Shown: one piece after another, positions 55,982-64,000 of the stretch
Layout of the letters: each line of letters opens with the position of its first letter
Numbering within the stretch: position 1 is the first letter of the stretch
Assembly (NCBI RefSeq): GCF_000142905.1
Contig: NW_013657647.1
Coordinates: 165,142-229,141, forward strand
Direction: 5' to 3'
Length of the DNA stretch: 64,000 bases
Origin: Thecamonas trahens ATCC 50062
Lineage: Eukaryota > Protista > Apusomonadida
Translations under genes and position numbers: made by a program
The notes under the pieces: generated by a model
Told to the model about the DNA's origin: nothing
The model's database searches: none
Seen by the model: only the letters and a program-made list of their open reading frames with translations

Positions 55982-58900
55982 TCACCCTCGTCATCGCTCT
56001 CATCGCTGCTCCAGGAGACAAGGCTGTCGAGCTCGGCGGCCGATCCGTCGCCGCCGTTGTAGCGGGCGAGGAGGGCCGAGGCGGCCGTCGAGTGTTTGAG
56101 CCAGAGGCGCGCGCCCTCGATGACCGAGGCGACGACCGAGGCGAGGAGCAAGACGATGACGAGAGCGACGATAACAGTCGCGCGTAGAGGCTGAGGTCCG
56201 ATGGCGAGAAAGAGGATGCCGAAGAGAGCGGTGAGCGTGGCGGCCATGTCGTATGCCGTAAAGAGCGACGACGCGTAGGGCGAGAAAAACCGAGGAGCGC
56301 CACCGATGCCGCGCCAATGAGGAGGAGGGCGGCGGCGAGGCTGATTCCGGTGTGGAGCGTGGCGTGGAGCGCAGCGTGGCCAATGTGGCTGGCGTAAAAG
56401 ACGAGAACATACCACGAGTGCGGCGGGACGTGCCGGTGGACAATCTGCATGTGGAGCGCCGGCCATGTCGCCGGACGCGCGAGGGCCATGGCGGCCGTGG
56501 CTGGGAGCCCGATGACCACTGCTATGCCGACAATGAGCACGACCGGGAAGTACGACCACCACTCGGGCGTGTAGCAGAGCGCGCCTGGGTGGCCAAGGAC
56601 CGACCGATCGGGTGAGCCAGGCACGGCTGAGGAGCAGATGGTGAACTCGAGGAGACGGACAGCAACCGGGAGGAAGGAGAACTCCAGGAGACTGTACCAG
56701 ACCCGGAGCGAGGCCCGGATGAGATCGATCGGCGCGATGGAAGCCTGGGTGAGGGTCCGACCGAGGATGGTCGACGCAGCCCAGATGGGATGAGTGGCGG
56801 CGAGGCGGGTGCCAACGGTGGGGATCCAGATCTTGATCCAGGCGATGCCGAGGGCAGCGGCGAGAGCGGTGGCGAGGGCGATCCAGAGCGGCGATGAGAT
56901 GGCGATGAGCCAGTTGGCAAAGTACGCCGAGTCGCCAGAGATGCCCAGGCCACACTCGGCGTCGACGACCGAGAGCTCGAGGCGAAAGATGGCGAGGAGC
57001 GAGAAAGCGCGAAGATCAGCGTCGCTGGTGGGCACTACCGTCGAGCCGTAGAGTGCCAGAAGCTGGAGCGCACCCACAGTGATGTCGATGGCGACCGCAA
57101 ACTGTGGGACAATCCGGGTGGAGAAGTACAGCACAGTGGAGGCGACGATGACGGCACCAATGACCACCGCCGCAGCCCACCCGTTGTGCGCGGCGCACGG
57201 GGTGCACACGCCCTGGAACCACCGATAGCCAGGCGCGCATGCTCCACACAGCCGCCCGCTGTACCCGATCCCGCACGACGCGCTGGCGTTGAGCCCGGGG
57301 CAGGCGGCGGTGACCCTGCAGCGGACAAAGGTGCGGCTTGGCCCTGATCCCACCGCCATGTAGCCCGGCGCAGCGAGGAGGCTCGCTGTTCCGCCGGGGC
57401 AGATGGCGCCTGTCGGGCACGGCGCGCAGTCCGGTCCGGTGTGACCCGGCGCGCACACGCAGTCGGCGATCGAGGTTGAGAGCGGCGGCGCGTCGCGGCC
57501 GGGAGGACAGGCGATGCACGAGCCGAGGCCGCCACCGGCGTACGATCCCTGGGCACAGCCGATACAAAAGGTGGCGTTGGCGTGTGGCGCCGTGCCTGGC
57601 TGGCAGAGCAGCCGTGTAATGGCAAGGACCGGTGCCGAGAGCGCCGACTTGTGCCCGCGCCATCGCGCGAGTACTTGGAACATGTACTCAGTGCCCGGCG
57701 TGAGGTCAGAGAGCTCGATGCTGAGCCGCGCCACGGCTTCGGCTACTAGCATCGAATTGGCGTAGACGTCGTAGACGAGATCGTCTGGCGCCTCGCTCTC
57801 GCTCACCCTGGCCGCCTCCCACGCCAACAGCCCGGTGGTGTAGCTGACCGACACCGCAAGCGCGCGCGGTGGGACAATGTGCGGTGTGACGCCGATGACG
57901 ATCTCGGTCGTCCGAGTCGGCGGGCCGTACTCGAGCACCAACGTGGCGTTGGAGCCGGGCGACGGCGTGTAGATTGGCTCGAAGACGAGCGTAGGGCCGT
58001 TGCTGTCGAGCGTCGCTCCGGCCACCGCGCTCGACAGGCAGAGCTCGAGCAGCGATGGATCAACGCCGGGTGCGGACGACGAGAGCGCGAGCGAGACGGC
58101 AATGCGGTCACCGATGGACACTGTGAGCGGCTCTGTAGCGTTGATCGAAAGCTTGGCGTGGCTGTTGTAGACGGGAGTGAGAGCATCGCGGACACGGACG
58201 ACGGCGAGATGTGGCGCGAGTGTGGCGATGCTGACCGGGCCGTCGTCGCTGCTCGCCAGCGCCAGTCGGCGCGGACGGCCAACAACGGTGGCAGTCGCTG
58301 CGCCCGGGGCAGTATGCACAGCAATGATCGTCGAAAGCAGCGACGACGACGACGCTGTCGCACGGTAGACAATGACTGCACTGGCGAACTCCGGCTCAAG
58401 CGGCGGAAAGACGGCCAGGTTCTCAAGCGCGGCGATCGGGACGGGCATGACCGGATTAAGTGGTGTGAGATCGCCGGCGGCGGAGAGAAGAAAGAGCTGC
58501 GTCGGTGAGGCGAGGAGAACGAGTGACGCTGAGAGCGGCTTGGGTGCGACGATGGCCGATGCCGGGACGACGACACTGGCGATGGTGGTCCAGTCGTGGG
58601 CGGCGATGAGCACGATACTGTCGCCAGGCGCAGCCGCGGCAGTCGAGGCAAGCGGGCCGACGACGATGGCCGATGGGAGGACAACGGCACGCACGATGGG
58701 CCCGGACGAGCGGTTAAAGCTATGCGGGAGGCTGAGCGAGGTGCCAAGGGGGACTGATGCCGAGATAATGAGCATGCCGTCGTGCGGCGAGGTTGTGAGT
58801 GTCGTACCGACAAGCATCGGACCGTCGTGTAGCGAGAGGATAACCGCAGCAGCTTCGGCAGCGTCGCCGGCCACCAGTGCAACAAGCCCGGCACTGCCTG

Positions 58901-59519
58901 CGCCCGGGAGGGCGGCGAGCGTGAGGGCGGGGCTGCTCGCCGCACCAATGACCGGAACGTGAGCATCGGCGGCGGCCAACACCATCGCCTCGGCCATGCC
59001 CTCGGCTGGCGAGGGGACGACGATGGCGTCTATAAAGACAGAGCTGTTGCCCGCCGTGGCATAGACAAGATAGCCCGGGAGCAGCGAGGTCGGTGGAAGA
59101 AACAGAGCCGACGAGGGGACGATGTGGCGGGAGGACGGGCTCGGCGCCGCGCACGACCATGATGCGTAAGCGCTCGAGCTGTTGTTGACCGTGCAGACTG
59201 ATGTGGTCAACTGCACTGGTGATGACGTCGTGGGGGAGGAGGACGAGGAGGAGACGACGAGCTGTGTGTCCGACATACGCACCATACGCTCGACACTCTG
59301 TCTGTGAACACCATCACCGCATGTCGCCGACGTGGAAATTTGCCACACACCCACGCTGCCCACACCATCATCACCATTGTCGCCATCAATATGTGAGAGA
59401 CATACATGGGAGGCCATCGCACCAGAGCCCGAGCCTGAGCCCACGTCATGGCTCAGACAGAGGACCACCATGACAGCCACCACCGCCAAGAGCTTTGCTA
59501 TCACCTGCCGGTGGACCAT
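55777..59519 (-). CDS. Signal peptide + FN3 + Cys-rich + ~9-TM receptor-like protein (frame break ~56280); probably fused to the NOX domain
   Basis: FN3 PPRAL...LAW...Y.VY...LSDLTPGTEYMFQVLA; CxxC repeats CAPCPTGAICPG...CGIGYSGRLCGAC; hydrophobic helices continue in the next frame (YDMAATLTALFGILFL, VIVALVIVLLL). Confidence 0.8.
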
Positions 59520-60066
59520 AATATAATCAGACTGCGCAGAAAGGGGAGGGGGGGAGGGGAGGGGGAGGGGGGAGGAGGACGGGGTATGGGTAAGGGCAGA
59601 GGGAGGTCCTGGGGGGTCAAGTGGACCTATGCCGGTAGTATGGGTGTGGAGACTGGTCGGCTGGTGGTGGCGGTAGCTGTCGTTGGTCGCTGGCTTTGGT
59701 TGCTAGTGCTTTGGCTCTTGACGCACGCGTTGAATGAGTTGATCGTCTTGACCACAGGTGTACCCAACTCGGGCTGGAAAGGCTACGTTAGACACGTAGA
59801 GTAGAAATTTGATCGACTACTATATAGCTAGTGGTGGTACGTATGTACATGGGTGGGTAATATAGGTAACCCGGCTTGTACATGGCCGTACGAGGTGCAG
59901 GTGGACCGGATGTCACTCATGTGAACGGTGCGGCGAAATCGGCGAGATTGGCACGTTTTTTCGTGGGAAATGAAAAAGGTGCAAGCGGAGCGTGTGGAGC
60001 GTGTGTAGGTGTGGGACAGGCAAGGCGGATTGAGGTTGGGAGGCAATACTCGTCGATAGCAGGAGC

Positions 60067-61701
60067 ATGAGTAGCACTGAAGAGTATGAGTATGACTTGG
60101 TGGGGATGTCGGTAGCGACGGGGCAGCTCGGTGGCATCGTATTGGAAGAGGTCGGTGGCTATGGAGGAGAGGCTCGAGGTGGTGCGAACAACGCCGTTGG
60201 CCACGACGACGGCCAGCATGATGGAAGTGATCAAGATGATGATGTGCGGAGACGGCTCGAGTCCGAGGTACAGGCCTTCCGCAGGCGCGCCGTCCGATTC
60301 GCTCCGCCTGAGGATCCGGAGGGACTGGACCACGTGGTCATGCTGCGATGGGAGGGGAAGGAGCGAAAGCAGTTTGGCGGTGACGGTGGCAGAGGCGGAG
60401 GAGGAGAAGAGCAGGGATCGGTGCTCGCTCGGCTGAACAACACGTCGTTTGCGCTTGCGCTCGGCCTCTGCTCCAATGCTGTCCTCCTTCGCGCGCTGGA
60501 CAACATCGGCTTGCCGACGGCATCAGGCTTTGCTACCCTCCCGGCCGGGCTGGCCACCTTTGGCTGGGTGGTGGGCTTTCTAGCCCTCGCTGCTGTTGCC
60601 TTGCTCTACGCGGCCAAGGTCATCGTCTCACCGAGTACTGTCTCGCGCGAATTCCGCAATCCGGCGCGCATCAACCTGTTCTTTGCGCCGATGCTCGCCA
60701 GTGTGCTGCTAGCCATCGCGGCACCGGACGACACCCGATCAGGCCCTGTCATGGTGGGGATGTGGATGCTGGCGGCGGCGTATCAGCTCGTTTTCTACAT
60801 GGTTCTCGTCCATCGATGGATCTACACGGCGACGGCGCGGAACGTGCACATGCTCAACCTCATGTCTGTGGTGGGCTTTTTCCTCCTCACCACCTTTGGC
60901 AGCACCATGCCGCGCGACGAGGCCGTCTCGATGCGGCCGGCACTCGAGTTTACCATGGTTGCTGGCTCCATTGCCCTCGTCGTCACCTTTCTCCAGCTCT
61001 TCATGAACCCGTTTGAAATCGGCGCCGAGGAAAAGTCATCGCCCATCATCTTCCTCTTCCTCGCCCCGCCGTCGGCCGCCGCCATTGCCGCCCGCTCGCT
61101 CTCTGATTTGTACCAGACTGCCGAGAGCGGCGCCGCTGCAGCTGGTGAAGCCGCCGGCGTCCACTGGGTCTTCCGCATTTACTTCTACTTTGCCATCCTC
61201 TGCTTCTTCTGGGTCATCCCGGGCGCCGGTGCGTTCTTCAAGACCAAGACCTTCAAGGTCTCCTTCTGGGCCTATCACTTTCCCGTCACCGCCTTTGCCA
61301 CTGCCTTTCTCACCTACGCCGCCAGAGAGACGCCCACCACCATCGTCCGCCTGCTCGCCGCCCTCGCCTGCGCCTTGTCGTTTGTCACTCTCTTTGCCAT
61401 CCTCGCTCGCACCATCTACCACGTCTTTGTCACCCTCTGTGGCTCATCGGCGCCGCCGTCGTCATCGTCCGCTCGCTCTGCCATCAAAGATCTGGCAGCG
61501 TATGGCGAGAGCGAGCGCCCGATCGACAGCTCGGTCCCGCGCAAGGCTCGCAAGGTCCGAGTCCATCGTCGGCGGCGGGTGCGTCGTGTGGAGCGCGCGC
61601 GGCCTTTGGAGGGTGGACGGCATGGTCGTGGTGAGGAAGGGAAGCTCAAGGAAAGCCTGGAGACCGAGAGCGTCGAGACTGGCGAGACCGGCTCGCTGTG
61701 A
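60067..61701 (+). CDS. SLAC1/TDT-family anion channel
   Basis: REFRNPARINLFFAP, FLFLAPPSAAAIA, FKVSFWAYHFP; about 10 TM segments. Confidence 0.9.
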   Translation: MSSTEEYEYDLVGMSVATGQLGGIVLEEVGGYGGEARGGANNAVGHDDGQHDGSDQDDDVRRRLESEVQAFRRRAVRFAPPEDPEGLDHVVMLRWEGKERKQFGGDGGRGGGGEEQGSVLARLNNTSFALALGLCSNAVLLRALDNIGLPTASGFATLPAGLATFGWVVGFLALAAVALLYAAKVIVSPSTVSREFRNPARINLFFAPMLASVLLAIAAPDDTRSGPVMVGMWMLAAAYQLVFYMVLVHRWIYTATARNVHMLNLMSVVGFFLLTTFGSTMPRDEAVSMRPALEFTMVAGSIALVVTFLQLFMNPFEIGAEEKSSPIIFLFLAPPSAAAIAARSLSDLYQTAESGAAAAGEAAGVHWVFRIYFYFAILCFFWVIPGAGAFFKTKTFKVSFWAYHFPVTAFATAFLTYAARETPTTIVRLLAALACALSFVTLFAILARTIYHVFVTLCGSSAPPSSSSARSAIKDLAAYGESERPIDSSVPRKARKVRVHRRRRVRRVERARPLEGGRHGRGEEGKLKESLETESVETGETGSL

Positions 61702-62602
61702 TTGGAAGCTGCTGTCGAGGGCGAGGAGGCTCGATGAGGAGAGCTTCACTTCCGGTTTGGATTGAATGCGCTCCTGGTGTGCGTTCAGCAGGCGGGGCGT
61801 GTCATGCGCGGGACAGGTTGAAGCGGCCAGGCTTATCGCCCACTACAGGCCGGGTCGCTTGACGGCCGTCACGCGTCTCATGTCGGGCGTGGTGGACCGA
61901 GCGGATCTTGAACTTCTCTGCCGATGGCACCGTAGAGGACTTCGCGGCACACCCGCTCGCGGGAAGGCCACGCGGCGGACAAAGGCAGCCATGGCCACCA
62001 AGACGTTCATCTCGGGCGCCGCCGGGCGCCGCGGGAGCGCCCGTGAGAGCATCGATCGCGCGTTGCAGGTCGATGGTCGTTCCGCTTTCGCCCACCAGCT
62101 TGAGCATGGGCTTGCAGTGGTCGTGGTCGACCGTGACGGCATCTGCTCCGCCACCCTCCGCCACATGGCCCGAGCCCACAATCACAAGCAGTCATGTCTG
62201 CACCTGACCTGTCCCCCCATTTTCTTCCCGGCAGCTAGCAGGTACGTAGCGGGACTCTCCGTGCATTATGCCCCATGCCTCCCTCTGCGTTGATATGCGG
62301 TGTCGTAGTCTCCATCAACCCGTTTCCGGCTCGCGTTTTCTCGCCCTCCAGTGGGCACCCCATACCGAATCCCCTTCTCCTTACCCGCTCGACACTCTGC
62401 TATGGTTCCACGCTATGGTTCCGCAGAAAGCTCACATCGTGCCAGCACAAGCCACCTCTCTTTGGCTGATTATCTCCCTCCGCACGTGCCCTACACCCAC
62501 GGGTGCAATGGCCCTCGCATCGTTGATCCAAGAAAAAACGAAAACATAATCTAACTCACTCCTGCTTCGGTTGGCACAGCACGCGACAACATCCTCGAGA
62601 TC

Positions 62603-62944
62603 ATGGCTTCCGGACACCTCTCGATTGAAACACACTCAAATGCATGTCCTCATCCGCCTGAGCATCCTGTGTTTGTGGTCTTGGTCGAGGCCGACGAAGC
62701 ACTACAGTTGACGCTGGTGCAGCGCGACGAGGCCGGAGCCATTTTGCCGATCGGCTCCGACGCGGACAACCCGGGCTGGTATCTCAAGCGCAACTACAGT
62801 CGTGTCTTTGGCCATTCCAGTGTCTTGGAAATCTACCGTGGCTTCCTCAAAGCCGACGAGCTCGCTACTGCAAGCCCTCTCCACACCCAGCGATACCAGG
62901 CCGGTGGTGACATGAATCACCACACCATCAAGATCACCGCGTAA
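62603..62944 (+). CDS. Small hypothetical protein (113 aa)
   Basis: Coding-like ORF preceded by CTAAC...CAG (branch point and acceptor, ~62551-62580); possible donor GTACGT near 62242. Confidence 0.45.
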   Translation: MASGHLSIETHSNACPHPPEHPVFVVLVEADEALQLTLVQRDEAGAILPIGSDADNPGWYLKRNYSRVFGHSSVLEIYRGFLKADELATASPLHTQRYQAGGDMNHHTIKITA

Positions 62945-63918
62945 GCCTGAGCCGCCCCCGTCACAACCCAAGCACATCTGACAATGTTAAAGCGCACACA
63001 CGCACGCACGCACGCACCAGCTGCCTCGATTCCAGTCCCCGCCACTCATGTGACTCTCGGATTCGCCCCTTGTCGTTGCTCATCATGCCCGTCAACGGCG
63101 CCACCACCGACAAACTCGTCCATTGCCGCCAAGATCCACAACGCTATCAACCTCTCGACCAAGCGCCTAGTGTTTATCGTTGTCAAAGACAAGCTCCGTG
63201 CCCGCGCAACTCGCTCATGCTGCAGCCATGCGACGCCGATCGGTGGCGGTGCGCGACAACGAGTCCGAATGACCGCACCGTTGATGGATACGGGCTGCGG
63301 ACTGCCTTGAGGACAGAAACAATGAACGTGGCGGCCCCAGCAAGGACCACGCATCCGTTTTCGAGGATAAACGTGAGTGTCATCAGTGCCATCGACGTTA
63401 ATGCTGTTTGTCTCCTCTGCGCTCACTCCTCAAACACTCGGTCCGCCAACGATTCTAGGCCAGCGTCCATGTCGACCCGCACGTGCCGCATGTGTTTCAG
63501 CAAGCGCGCTTCTGATCCAGCTGTTAATCACTGAAGTACGCTTGGGGCATGCTGACCAGGATGACAGAAAGGCTGTGCGTTAGATGCCATTTCTACAGGT
63601 ACACACGCATCACCGTGACACCCGACCAACTGCAACCCCAACCCGCACCGTCTCCAAGACAACGTAAACACCCAACCATTGTCCCCCCACATATGATAAC
63701 TTTGTCCTGTCTGCTTCCATATGTGAATACGGCCCAAAATGAGCTCTCCATACCACCTACACTGGCAAAGACCACTGACAAGCAACGTTTTCGGTCAACA
63801 CACAAAGGTTTCTCAACTAAGTCATCTGGTCAACCCTCAAAGCCACCACCACCACCACCCACCACCACCACCACCACACGGCACAGCAACGGAAGGACGG
63901 ACAGTACACCTCACCCTC

Positions 63919-63934
63919 CACACACACACACACC

Positions 63935-63981
<47 letters not shown>

Positions 63982-64000
63982 CACGACGACGACGACGACG
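63919..64000. repeat. (CA)n and (GAC)n microsatellites
   Basis: Direct inspection. Confidence 0.9.

Noticed and set aside
61766-63805. Other short ORFs at the window end (61802-62185, 62984-63534)
   Set aside because: No family similarity and no consistent frame or splice model.
1-64000. tRNA or rRNA genes
   Set aside because: None recognised by eye; a covariance-model scan would be needed to exclude small RNAs.

Overview
This is a gene-dense, GC-rich eukaryotic window with few introns, the standard genetic code, three N gaps and homopolymer-rich spacers. It looks like a free-living protist; the apusomonad Thecamonas is a stylistic guess I cannot verify. From left to right it holds: a BTB-BACK gene, an S53 peptidase, a DH-PH-SAM RhoGEF, an Afi1/MesA-like ARM protein, and a three-exon Sec61beta missed by the ORF track. 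Next is a possible biosynthetic cluster: penicillin-acylase-family hydrolase, membrane-anchored UDP-galactopyranose mutase fusion, ~12.3-kb three-module NRPS ending in a reductase, SLC38 transporter and GT61. After that come a tandem bacterial-type PH protein, an FG-GAP receptor-like gene interrupted by a young Ty3/gypsy element, and an inverted solo LTR. The window ends with a metal/redox block (Cu-ATPase, ferric reductase, NOX, SLAC1). The strongest novelty candidates are: (1) an apparent fusion of an FN3/Cys-rich multi-pass receptor to a NOX5/RBOH-like oxidase, hidden by three -1 frame breaks; (2) the NRPS and its neighbours; (3) the type II membrane UGM fusion. Most frame breaks sit at short homopolymers and are probably assembly errors.
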